Positions 12,901 through 24,267 are shown, counted from the first letter of the stretch. The stretch: DNA of 32,000 nucleotides from Wallemia ichthyophaga EXF-994 (GCF_000400465.1 NW_008806290.1:60001-92000); one strand, 5' to 3'. Translations and numbers: made by a program. The notes: generated by a model from the letters alone, not told the origin.

Positions 12901-13837
12901 GATTGTGATGGAAGAGGTCCTCTAGCAGAAAGAGGATTTGATTTGCGTGCATCAGTGAGCGGAGTTCGCATCTTCTCCAAAGCCAGTAGAATTCTCTCAG
13001 CCTCGTTTTTTGGAGGTTGGGGTTGAGGTTCTGTGGAGTGTCTTAGTTAGAAAACACACGAAACACGCCAAACTCACTTCTGGCTTGGGCTTCCTCTAAA
13101 GACATGAACTCGTCTGCTTGTTCGTTGTATACCATTCTTCTCTTGGACGGTCTTTCAGGGGATGGATCGATAACAGATGATCGTTTATGGGCAGTCGAGT
13201 GGTAAGGATCGTTGGTTGCCGCGGAGAGAATGGATTGCAGAGGGTTGTGATCCTTAGTGGGAACAGTTGGAGTTCTATACCTGGTGCGTGGGAGTAAGGG
13301 GGAAGCGTTCCTGCCATTAGAGAGGAGAGAGCGGCGTGGGTGTTTAACGGGAGTGAAAGGAGAGTTTTGTAAATTGTTGTTGTTGTTGTTGTAGGCAGAG
13401 CCATAACCACTACCACTGCCATTGAAAGAAGAAGACATTTTAGGTGAAAGAGTAGTTTGCCTATTACCAGGAATCTGTAAATGATTAGATTTAGCCATTG
13501 AAGGCGGCAGATCATTATAAAAGGTGTGCGGCCTTTGTTTAGCCTTTGGTGGAGCGTGTGGTGCGCGTGGTGCGTGTTCTGAGCGTGGTTCTTCACCTTT
13601 AGACCATGGAGATTGAACTTGTTGAGCGGACTCTTCGTCTGGATGATTACTCACGCCCCCAGAAAGCCAGGAAAAAGGCTTGGAGACGAGTGAGCGTACG
13701 CTGGATAAGAGACTGGCAGTGTTATTCTGTGTCGGAGTGGGAGTTGGACTCGGTCTTTGATACGGTTTTGAAGGCTTAGAGGGCGTGTACCTTGAATCAC
13801 GCCTCTGTGGGCCAATTGAAGTGCCTAAATCTGACAT
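9921..13837 (-). CDS. FG-repeat nuclear-basket nucleoporin, Nup1/Nup153/Nup124-like, 3 exons
   Basis: Start MSDLGTSIG at 13837; introns at ~13031-13077 and ~10789-10854. Motif AERILLALEKMRTPLTDARK, dozens of FSFG/FAFG/FG repeats with K/E-rich spacers, and a basic C-terminal tail RPVKPLRRNRR* typical of Nup1/Nup153. Confidence 0.85.
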
Positions 13838-13943
13838 GATGATTTTTGTGTTGGTGGTGGAGCGGAGGAAGAAGACGAGTAGAATGAATATACGAATGTA
13901 CATCTTAAATATATTACATTATATTTCAAATTACAATCCAATT

Positions 13944-14667
13944 TCATCTTTTATTCCCCTTGAGCTTCTCGCTTACAAGCTCCTTGAAAGACGCGACTAC
14001 CTCATTCTCCCGCTTCATCTTATCCTCTGCAGCCTCTTTAACCATCTTACGCTTCTCTTCTGCGGTATAAACTTCATTCTCCTTCCTCACTCGAACTTCA
14101 TTCATACGCTTATGTCTATTACCAGACATTACGTAGCCTGCTTGCTCAAGCTTATCTATCTCACCGCTTTCAATTCCAATTTCTCCACGTCTTGGTATAC
14201 GCTGTCCATCTTGGACAAACTGTGCCATTGCGGTACCCTCTCCTCTAAGCATCTCCCTGCCAAAATCCTTATCGCTCAACTTAACCATGTCTTGTGGCAA
14301 GGGCATTGGGCCAATGTCCTCTATGCTATTGACTTGCTCTGTTTTCTCCACGTTTCTCTGTAACTTTCGATGTTTACGTTTTTCATCTCTGTCTTCTCTT
14401 TCTCTGCTTTTCCCTTTGTCTTTCCATCTTTCTTTCCCTTTCTTTCTGTCCTTATCATTCCTCTCTGTAGCGCTTTCGCTGTGGCTCCTTCTCTTCGCCG
14501 GCGGTGAGGCTGGCCAGATACTCAATTTTGTGTTTTTTCGATATTCTGCACGGCTATAAGGGGCGTGTTAGTATCACCACACAATACACTCCCCACACAC
14601 ACCTCTCTATCCACCGAGTACTCCCTGGTTCACCAGCGAATCGAGCTGGCTGTCTAACTTTGTACAT
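13944..14667 (-). CDS. NKAP-like protein (NF-kappaB-activating protein C-terminal domain, DUF926/UPF0396); start uncertain
   Basis: GEGTAMAQFVQDGQRIPRRGEIG...GYVMSGNRHKRMNEVRVRKENEVYTAEEKR is the NKAP C-terminal signature, preceded by an R/K/D-rich linker. A likely upstream exon (MYKVRQP...RWIES|RAEYRKNTKLSIWPASP) is joined across a GT-AG intron at ~14545-14602. Confidence 0.85.
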
Positions 14668-15004
14668 ATTCTGTGTTTGTTCTCTGTATTCTTTCTCTTA
14701 TTTCCCCTTTTAATCCAATTTTGTGAATTTTTTTCGACAGAATTGGTATAAATTGAACCAGCCATTATTCTTGCTTTCTTAATCCATCGCATCACATAGA
14801 GTTGTAATGTACTCGCTCCAAGCCGATTCATTGCGCTAAGTGACTGCGTAAATTGATGGTGGGATTTATCCCCGCTTTAAGGCTGCTCTTCCTGTCAATC
14901 TTGCTGGCTCTTGTGCCACTCAAGTAGGAATCTGCCTCTACATAAGTTTACTAATGTATTCTAATGTCTATCATATATACCTATACACCACAAATATCAT
15001 CTAA

Positions 15005-16237
15005 TTACTGCCTATTCTCCCAATGTGCTTTTCCCCATGTCGCTGCCACCAACATAGGGAAAACAAGCGTGGCATCTGCACTCACTTTTATTGACTCCGC
15101 TCCACTCCTTATCTTCCCCCATGATATGGCCTCATCAGGTCTAGCTCCTGCGTCTGATCCGTCGAATTCTTGGCCAGTATTGACATATACGGCGTAATCT
15201 GCCCCATTGCGCTGTAGTATTTTAGCAAGGGCTATCTAATCTAATCTCCAACCCACAAATAACATGGCATTGCACACTTGATGCTTGCATACACCACCAC
15301 CCAATATAATGATACCCGCCTTTTTAGACCTTACTGAAAGGTCATTGAGCCTTCTAATATCACCAACGAGATCGATATTCAGTCCTGGATTTTTGTATGA
15401 GTGAAAGTATATCATGTCTCCCAGTGAGCCATCTGTGAGTGCTGGACAGAAGACAGGAATGTCGTTCTTGTAAGCCCAGTAATACACACTCCGCTCATCG
15501 TTGATCTCCTTCCCCAGTCGGTGTATAACCTTGCTAGGTGTCCAACGTGTTTGTTCTGTATCTTGTTCCTCCCTCATCGCATCTAAAATGGGTACAACCC
15601 AATCCTCGAACCGACAATAAGCCTCATTTGGTACGAGGAGATTACCTATCCTGTTCATTCCCTTCTTGCGTAGATGAGCGCCATCAAGATTCCAGCCATC
15701 GCCGGTGGGTAAATAAGTACCAGGACCGAGGCATTTGATAAAGTCTTCTTCCACGCCGCCAGCAGTGGTGCACAGTACATTTACGTACTTATTCTTCACC
15801 AGGAACAGCATTATTTCTCTCAAACCACTTGAGATTAGATTAGATGTGTATCCGAGAAAGATATTCGCCGTGGTGTTCCTGCGCTCCTCTTCGGGTGTAT
15901 CATCGTCCTCAGCTCTATCTTCATCAGACAGCCTCCACGATCTCTGAGCTGTTTGTGAGAATGGTGGTGGGTAATGTAACAAGACATGCCATCTGGTTAA
16001 TCACTTCCACCGCCCTAGCCAGTCCCGTTGCTTGAAATCCTATAGTCTCGTACGCAGATAACAAACCCTGCAGAGACTGCGGCTGCTCAAAGTCAGGGCC
16101 TTGGACGAGCCTGGCTGAATCTGGGACTGGGTCTGATTTCACGAATACAGCTGCATTAGCTGTTGGTGTGTGTAAATATCTCTACCTTTATACATAGCCA
16201 CCTACTAACCTGCGTCTGTCTGATTGCAAGTGGACAT
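15005..16237 (-). CDS. DYS1: Deoxyhypusine synthase, about 4 exons
   Basis: [61 protein letters not shown]|[25 protein letters not shown] (catalytic Lys retained), [12 protein letters not shown]. Stop at 15005-15007. Confidence 0.97.
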
Positions 16238-16678
16238 TGATGACAGAATTAGTTGAAGCAGTGCATCTTTATAATTTACTAATGATTCTGTTAATTTAAT
16301 AGCATCACTATTATTTTATTAACAACACTATCATATAAATAGCCTTCTATTAAAAAATACTTGTTGACATTGTCCATTGACAGTCGCAGTACCTCGTTCA
16401 GTGTTTATCTCATACACGGTGACACACCCAAAGAAGCGATGAGTTGGAAGAAACGCAAAGCGAGCGGTGCAACGTCAGACGATGTAAGTTGAGTAATTTT
16501 GTTGAGTTTACCGCGTATCGCATATCCTTATCGCTGAGATGAATCGCAGGTATTTGAGAAACACAGCGATATACCTTACACTCCACCAATCACAAGCAAG
16601 CCTGTTAACTTGAATTTCAAGCAACACAAATTCACTGCCAGCACCGCCCACCCCAAGCCATCAAGTGGGAATAGCAAT

Positions 16679-18298
16679 ATGACGCGCTTTATTCGCCGTA
16701 GAGGGAGTTTTAAGGGTACAATACTCTTAGCGCTCACATTGCTTTTGCTATTTCTCTATAAAACACTTTCAAACACAACAATATCATCTGAGACACACCC
16801 ACCTAGCACACCTATGCTCATAACTAGCGGCGTACTCACCAAGGAAGATCCACGCTCTCTTCTCCATCGCCTTAATATCCTAACTGACAGAACAACGGTG
16901 CATTTCAATCGCCGCAACGACACAGCAGCTGACGTAGACGCAATCGTACATCTACGCCACAGAGCGGATAACTTACCGCTGATAGTAGCAAATCTGTGCT
17001 CAAATACTCTATCAGATGTTATACGCACTGTGACCGTGTACAATAACAACCCACTATCGACGGTGACACATGACGATATGGCCACGTCTCAATGCCCGCT
17101 GAGTAAGTTGAAAGTGGTGAATGATTACGATGACGGGGGTTTCGGTCAGATGGCGAGGTATGAATTGTGTGCAAGTGCAGATCCAGACTCACGCTACTGC
17201 TTCATTCAAGACGACAAGCACATCCTGCCGCCTTCTGTCATAAGGTCTATGCGCTTCTTACGCGATTTGGATCCTCATGGTTCGCCAATTGTTCCCGCTT
17301 CCAGCGAGGGTTATATACAGGCACGTTGGGAACACTGCCTGAACGCTCCTGATCTCAATATACACACATGCGCATATAGCATGGATCCTGGTGCACTTCT
17401 CTCGACGCGCGTGGCAGAGTCTTTCCTGCGCTATATGCAACAAGTTGGGGTAGATAATACGGTGGACACTGTGAGCATCGTTGACCGGGTAAACGGGGTA
17501 AATATGGTAGATGTGACGAATTCGGCATCGACAGACAGCTACTATAGCATCCTCTCTAACTCACACCCCTCATCCGTCATGGTCGTAGTCGTGCCCTCCT
17601 TGTGCGACTTGATGAGGAGCAGCGGTGAGGATGCGGCGGCAGTAATGACGAATGCAAAGGTTTACGGTGAATACGATGTGCTGCTAGACTCCTTAACGCA
17701 GCTTCCTTCACACTCATCATTCACTCAGGTGAAGGAAGATGGTGTGCACAAGCTAATGCATTCTGTAAAGGCTATTGGAGATAACGGACTAGTGCTTTTG
17801 AGCAATTTGCAGCTTCTGCCTTTTGTAGGTGCGCGCGATAGCTGGAATGGTACCACCCCTTTTGCGGAGTGGATTGAGTATCGTAGAAAGGAACTAGGCG
17901 AAGAGCGAAAAAAGCAAACGATCGAGAGCGGCTATGGAGCGATGCTTGATGGTAACTCAACCACTTACTTTAAATCTTTCGGCGCTGCTATGATGGCAGA
18001 CTTTGTTGGTTTTAAAGTGCCGAGTGGTGCACATTCACTCCATTTGGCTGTAGATTCTACCGCACTACTCGCACTACTCACAACACAGTACTCTCAAGAT
18101 GGCTTGTCGTACTTTTCTCTTGATCACTCTTTACATTGCCAGCCGGCTAAAATGCACACGATGCATGGCAACAGACTGTTTGAATGCTCAGTTCCACTCG
18201 TTCAAGGGTTTGAATTTGTCAGGTTTATCGTGACAGATGACGTTGACTTGTCAGTTGAATGGTCTATCAATGAAGCTTGGCTGGGGTGGAATGGATAG
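16679..18298 (+). CDS. Uncharacterised type II membrane protein with a putative GT-A glycosyltransferase-like domain
   Basis: Basic N-terminus and signal anchor (MTRFIRRRGSFKGTILLALTLLLLFLYK). Then AIVHLRHRADNLPLIV...IRTVTVYNNNP...ARYELCASA...YCFIQDD, a beta/alpha pattern ending in an acidic motif reminiscent of GT-A folds. Single long ORF. The function is inferred. Confidence 0.6.
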   Translation: MTRFIRRRGSFKGTILLALTLLLLFLYKTLSNTTISSETHPPSTPMLITSGVLTKEDPRSLLHRLNILTDRTTVHFNRRNDTAADVDAIVHLRHRADNLPLIVANLCSNTLSDVIRTVTVYNNNPLSTVTHDDMATSQCPLSKLKVVNDYDDGGFGQMARYELCASADPDSRYCFIQDDKHILPPSVIRSMRFLRDLDPHGSPIVPASSEGYIQARWEHCLNAPDLNIHTCAYSMDPGALLSTRVAESFLRYMQQVGVDNTVDTVSIVDRVNGVNMVDVTNSASTDSYYSILSNSHPSSVMVVVVPSLCDLMRSSGEDAAAVMTNAKVYGEYDVLLDSLTQLPSHSSFTQVKEDGVHKLMHSVKAIGDNGLVLLSNLQLLPFVGARDSWNGTTPFAEWIEYRRKELGEERKKQTIESGYGAMLDGNSTTYFKSFGAAMMADFVGFKVPSGAHSLHLAVDSTALLALLTTQYSQDGLSYFSLDHSLHCQPAKMHTMHGNRLFECSVPLVQGFEFVRFIVTDDVDLSVEWSINEAWLGWNG

Positions 18299-18358
18299 AT
18301 GAAGATTTTCAGTTTTACTAATTCGGTGTACAACAACAATTTAATGTTTATATGATCT

Positions 18359-19184
18359 TTAATCCCAGAGTAACTGCACGCTATAATTCTTTGCATCGAC
18401 ATCCCAGAAATCCCACCCAACGGCATCATCACCTAGTTGGTCCTGTTGGTTAATATTAACGGTACCAGAGGGGACTCTAAAGGCGATAGTTTCATAAGGT
18501 TCAGCAGCGATAAGAAGATATTGATATGCAGCGTTAGGCATTTCCCTGCGCTGTTCGAAAGCGCTCATTAAGCGTCTACGTGGTTTTTCATTGTCTTTGA
18601 TTTGAGGAAGGTGGACGTGAAAAAGGAGTCCGACCTTGGTGGTTGCGGGTTCGTTACCATCAGCACCACCATCAGAACTACCAATAACCTGTTTAACCTT
18701 TGTCACTTTATAACCGGGTCTTCCAATTTTAACGAAATGTTTCTTAGGGGTGATAGTGTCAGGGCCAGGGACGCCGTTTGAATTTGTAGTGGACATGCTA
18801 AGCTCGTTCTCTTTGCTCTCCTTTGCAGCGCGTCTGGCTAGATTAGTTTGGTGCTTCTTTCCTTGGGTGTGAGCGAGATAAGAGCCTTCATTTGGGTGTA
18901 GTGTGAGGCACAGCTTGCATTCTATTGTACCTAAGTGGGTGCGCAGGATGTAAGGGTCCTTTGAGGTGTGATGAGTATATCAACCAATAATTCCAATCAA
19001 CCACCCACTTTACTCAAATCTATAGTCTCTAAGGCTAGCTTCCTCAGTCTCTCTCTTCTGTCGGCGTTGCTCTCAGCTTCTCCGTATATTCCACCACCAC
19101 CGAATTTTGAACCAACGCGATTTTGGTGGTCTAAGCTGAACGTTAGTGGGGTCCTGCTATTTAAATCAACATTGTCTAACCCAT
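18359..19184 (-). CDS. PRP11: Splicing factor 3a subunit 2 (SF3A2/SAP62/Prp11), 3 exons
   Basis: M|DHQNRVGSKFGGGG...DRRERLRKLALETIDLSK|DPYILRTHLGTIECKLCLTLHPNEGSYLAHTQGKKHQTNLARRAA (U1-type zinc finger), then FVKIGRPGYKVTK, MSAFEQ and AAEPYETIAF. Confidence 0.96.
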
Positions 19185-19240
19185 TTTATAGAAATATTTC
19201 TACAATTCACAGTCACGGTGGTTATTCAACAACAGCCATC
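19185..19240. promoter_or_regulatory. 56-bp spacer between divergent start codons (PRP11 / EAF3); presumed shared bidirectional promoter
   Basis: Minus-strand ATG at 19184 and plus-strand start at 19241. The promoter role is inferred from geometry only. Confidence 0.5.
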
Positions 19241-20481
19241 ATGTAAGCAACGATAAGAAATTACATTAAAATTAAAATAACGTCATAAGGTCATTTTCTT
19301 ACTCAGATAAGGAGAATGTCTTGTGCTTTCATGGTCCGTTGCTTTATGAGGCTAAGGTGGGTGTATTGTGTGGTACAATTACGTATATTAATACATCCAG
19401 ATACTTGAAAGTGGCTTCAAGGATCTTCTATTCACAGGTGAACAAATCCCTTCTTACTTTGTACATTACAAAGGCTGGAAACAATCGTAAGACACGATGA
19501 GTTTGATTGGTTTACACACTCACAACCCACACGCAGTTGGGATGAATGGGTTCCTGAATCTCGTATGCACAAACTAACCCCTGATAATCGTCAGAAGCAG
19601 AAATCTCTAAAGGAAGCCATCTTGAAGAAGAAACAACCACAATCAAACACTCATTCCCATTCAATCCCCTCTAATAAGAGTAAAGGTAGACAATCTCAAC
19701 ACACTGATAACCCAAGGAAGCGTGGTAGAGATACTGAGGTTTGTTTGACGTTGCTGATTGACTTTTCACATCTGAGACATTCATCATCCACAGGATTCTT
19801 CCCTTGAATCTCAAAAACGTCCTGAAATTAAACTTGTTATACCAGATGAACTTAAGGTTACATTGGTCGATGACTGGGAGTTCATTACAAAGAATAATCA
19901 ACTTATTCCTCTCCCCCGTACTCCTAGCATTCAATCTATACTATCATCCTACAAATCGCACGCATCAAAGAATATTAAAGTTGCCGCTGGTCATCATAAA
20001 TCAAAGAAGATCGCCCTTATTGAGGAAGTTTTGAATGGTTTGGAGGTTTATTTCAATAGAGCAATCGCTTCGAACCTTCTCTATCGCTTTGAGAGACCTC
20101 AGTTTGTTAAAGTGAAAAAAGAGGCTGATGAAAGGCCACAAAACCATCAACTTAAACATATGACTTCTATTTATGGCGTTGAGCATCTACTAAGGCTGAT
20201 TGGTGGGTTTTAGTTAACTAAATTAAATAAACTAATCAAACACTTTCAGTAAACCTCCCCTCAATGCTCGCATACACATCAATTGATGCAGAAAGTGCGA
20301 CCATCCTTCATGAGACAGTACAGAATTTACTCGAGTAAGTTGTAGTGCTATTTCCACCACCAAAACTAACTCTAATCTCTCACAATTAAGCTGGATTATC
20401 GACAATAAGAAACAATTGTTCCTCCCCGAGTACGAGAACTCAAGCCCAAACTACCAAAATCGTGTCAACGCCGGTAGCTAA
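19241..20481 (+). CDS. EAF3: Chromodomain-MRG protein Eaf3/MRG15 (NuA4 and Rpd3S subunit), multi-exon
   Basis: VLCFHGPLLYEAK, YFVHYKGWKQ-WDEWVPESR (chromo barrel), LVDDWEFITKNNQLIPLP, GLEVYFNRAIASNLLYRFERPQF, YGVEHLLRL (MRG domain). Ends EYENSSPNYQNRVNAGS* at 20481. Confidence 0.94.
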
Positions 20482-20623
20482 TCGTGGTAATTTAAAGTGC
20501 AAATATTTAAACCCTATGTAATATACACATAAATGTACTCAAATTAATTTTTTTATGTAACCTCGCTTCTGATTGGCGAGATCCACATCCCTCACGACTT
20601 GGACTCGGACAACTCTTCCAAAA

Positions 20624-21524
20624 ATGTCATTATTTCGTTTAGCCAATAGAGGTCAATTCACCGCTGCAGCGACTTCTACTACTAAAGCTAATGGCGTCCC
20701 TGCCGCTGTTCAGGGCTTGAACTTTGCCCAGACTTACGGAAACGCTGAGCACCACCACCACAGCGGCAGAGCGGATAGTCCAGCTAAGTTTGCCATGGTG
20801 AACGGTTACGCGTCTACTAAGACTGTTTTTAATTGTGGGTTGTACCTGCTTGTTGCCATCGTATCCAACACTCACATCCAACAGCACCAACACCTACCCG
20901 TAACTTCTCCACTTCCTCAAAAGCCTTAGAAACTACCCAAGTCCCTGATTTCTCCCCTTACAAAAGCAAAAGCTCAGGCAACAACAAAGCTTTCTCATAT
21001 TTGATGGTCGGCTCAATGGGTCTTTTAGCCTCAGCTGGCGCAAAGGCAACCGTCACTGACATCCTCTCCAACCTCTCTGCCTCGGCTGACGTCCTTGCCC
21101 TCGCAAAAGCTGAAGTCGATATATCGTCCATCCCAGAAGGCAAGAACGCCACCATCAAGTGGCGTGGTAAGCCTGTCTTCATCAGACACAGAACACAAAG
21201 CGAGATCCAAGAAGCTGACTCTGTCGCCATGAGCGAGTTGAGAGACCCACAGAACGATGCTGATAGATTCGAGACTCGCGAGTGGCTGGTCATGTTGGGT
21301 GTCTGCACTCACTTGGGTTGTGTCCCTATTGGCGAAGCTGGTGACTTTGGCGGTTGGTACTGCCCTTGTCACGGTAGCCATTACGATATCTCGGGTCGCG
21401 CTAGAAAAGGTCCCGCTCCTACTAACCTTGAGGTGAGCATTGGTGATTTATTATTTCATTCTCTGACGTACTTCCTCAGGTCCCTGTCTACTCCCTTGAT
21501 GACGGCAAGTTGACCATCGGTTAA
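20624..21524 (+). CDS. RIP1: Cytochrome bc1 Rieske iron-sulfur subunit, 3 exons
   Basis: Mitochondrial presequence, then [24 protein letters not shown], and the Rieske boxes CTHLGCVP and [17 protein letters not shown]|[14 protein letters not shown] is joined across an intron at ~21433-21479. Confidence 0.98.
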
Positions 21525-23300
21525 GAATTCTAGGTATACACACTGATACTGACAAAATGTAAACTCATCTAAACATCTTATATAATTATCTTTCTTTATC
21601 TTTTTTTATCTTTTTATTACAATACCTCGCGCAAACATTGCTGCCCAAAAGCTTTGTGATGTAGCTGAGTTCGTGAGGTGTAAGGGTGGCTTTAGTGTCC
21701 TACTGATTACCTTACGCTGCTCTCGATCTTATACATTTCCAATCAAAACAATTCTGCTCAACTCATCCCGCAAATGGTCGAGCAATGCAGGGATTTGTAT
21801 AATATCAACATTCAAATATCCAAAGCTGCTGAATCACTCCGATGTACCTTTAAAGCCACCATAGACACAGTATCGAATTACTTGATTTTCAAAGATACCA
21901 CCAGTCACAGCCATCTGATAAATGTGTGTACGCCGTCAGCCATGTGACTAGGAACGAGGGTAGCTGGTGTGTTTATAGGATGACAGTGTGATTTAAATAG
22001 GCTGCTCAATTTTAACAGATTCCTGCAGTACTATAAGTCATTTTATTGAATCAAATCTGCTGAAGGCACCCGGCAATTGACCAGGTTAGTGAATAGACAA
22101 ACGTAGAATCAACGTATACTGACAATTTGAACAATTTAGCAAGGACATCATTTATATGACATTTTCAGCATTACAAAAACTTCTTATTCAACCCCGCTCA
22201 ATATACACAATCTTTGTATCCTCGACTACCGCCTATCTTATCTCGGATGGCTGTGTTCCGAATTTTCATGATCTCCGAATAGAAAAGCTTCATGTACAGC
22301 CCAAAAAATTATAATACTTCGCCAGATTCATATCCCTGAGTTTTAATTCGCGCCCTGCAGGGTATTCGAAATCTACCATCCGTCATCGCTCTGAAGCGTT
22401 TTAGGACAGATATGGATGATTAAACGCTCTTTATCAATAAGTACACACATTTACATCTGATGGATAATACAATAATCCAGGAATGTTAAGTGTCATCCTT
22501 TTAGACACGATTTACAGTTTCTGAAAAGAAGCGTCCACAGGACTTAGTGCTGGCTCCAGGCAAAAACTATTGTCACACTGGAATGTCACAAGCCTAACAA
22601 ATTCATCTCATGCAACAAAAGGTCGGGCTCAGTCCAACTCTGAAATCAGGGATTTGGTTTCTGACCAGTGCATTTCGAAATTTGAAACAACGGGAGTGAG
22701 GTTGTGTTTAAGACTGCAATAGAATGTTAGAAGTTAAAATTGTAGGAATTATAATTTAATACACCAAATCACACTCCCTGCATTGTGGCACATTTAGCTG
22801 GACGAGTTTAGAGCACCTTGATACATGGTTCATGAAAAGCACATCCAATTTATTGTCACACATTTAATCGCTACATAATTATTTCAGAGTCAGCCCAGTT
22901 GGTAATAGCAATGTTTCTATGAATTAATAGGTCATTAAACATGCTATTCTCTCCCGGGAAAAGGAAAGTACGATAAAAGAACCCCTAAGTGTATTGAAAC
23001 TTTATTCACGCTACCCAACACGATTATAGATGTAAAAATTTCAGAAATCAACGATGTCAACGCATACAACAATATCAAGAAGACAAATACGCTATATAGC
23101 TTACTCTCGTCATTTATTTTAAGGTCCCGTATTTCTGCTGGCTTTCTTCATCGTTGCTCCGGTTTTGTGGTCGGTTAGTCACTGATCGCAGGCCATTCAT
23201 GCTACATCCATCGGGGACCATCGTTGTATAACGTCGTGTACATTTACCTTACTAGCCAAAAAGCTTCTAGAAACCATTTTACTCCTGTATAATTGCTTTA

Positions 23301-24267
23301 TCATTTGCGGCGTGGAGATGGTCGAATTTGTTATCTAGTCTGGGTTATCTAAGTAGCCTATTGTATAATAGAAGCCATATTTGATGGAGTTGTACGATTC
23401 GTGTGATCTTAGTCAATTTGATCCGCTCTTCCTGGTTGCACAATCAATGAGTGAAAGGGGGGTTTCTAATCCCGCAATAGAATATCTCCAGTCCGTGAGC
23501 CAAGAAATAGACGCAATATGCCAATGGCACAATCATTTCGCCTGTAACTGCTACGTATCCATACTCTAAAAAATGATGGGAAGGAAGTATTTATTAGTTC
23601 TAACACATACTAAATATTTGTTTAAACATATGTTATGCAAATTAAAGGCAAGATTTCAGATGTATCATTAGTTACATTAACAATAGTGAGGAAAGGCATA
23701 GTTTAAATTACTTGCGAAGACGCGTGACACGCCAGCTACGCCTTTCCTCATGACCAGTCATACACTAACTTCACTATTATCATTCGCGTTATCTGATTTT
23801 ACGCTGTATTGTACAATTCAATCCTCAACCCTACTACAGTCTAAAACTTGTACGAATTGCTAAATTGTAAAGTGTGATAGGTGGAGGTTCTACTTCAGTT
23901 ACACGGTAATAGGACCTTCTATTTTCGATGTTGACTCATTTATTTCCTATCTTAGTCTCCGGTCCCATCCAGACCTTCCCTTGTTTTAACTTCCGAGACA
24001 CTTAGACATTTCAGACTATAAAAGCCATGCTATTGATACAATGTATCTTAAATAATTACTCATGATTCTATCTGCTAGATTTGCTGCGAAAACCTTTGCT
24101 CAAGTACAAGTCTGAACCTTTACGGGTGCTTATCAAATTATGCAATGAAAGTAAATATTTATATGTTTATCATTAACATTCAAAAACGTATAAAAAAGAT
24201 ATATATGGTTGCAATGGCTGAAGAAATCAAGGTCGATAAAGCTGTAACATTATTAGAGAAATCCTCA
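23301..24267 (+). repeat. Left arm of a 967-bp inverted repeat
   Basis: Manual comparison with the reverse complement of 27797-28763 showed no mismatch, from TCATTTGCGGCGTGG at the outer end to GAGAAATCCTCA at the inner end. The ORF track independently shows identical peptides on opposite strands (23381-23569/28495-28683 and 24145/27919). Confidence 0.97.
23687..23761. repeat. Nested dyad cluster inside the left IR arm
   Basis: TGAGGAAAGGCATAG (23687-23701) and CTACGCCTTTCCTCA (23736-23750) are a 14/15 inverted pair. They enclose the odd palindrome GCGTGACACGC and abut ATGACCAGTCAT (23750-23761). Confidence 0.85.

Noticed and set aside
13785-14559. Plus-strand ORFs of 192 aa and 90 aa with hydrophobic-looking translations
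   Set aside because: They are antisense to the K/R/E-rich NKAP-like gene, whose purine-rich codons give hydrophobic reverse translations.
22340-22423. IRNLPSVIALKRF resembling the USP motif LPxxLxIHLKRF
   Set aside because: The spacing is two residues short and no Cys or His box is nearby, so it is too weak to call.
23612-23634. Overlapping short palindromes AAATATTT, TGTTTAAACA and AACATATGTT in the IR arm
   Set aside because: Short A/T palindromes are common at this base composition; only the longer GC-rich dyad was kept.
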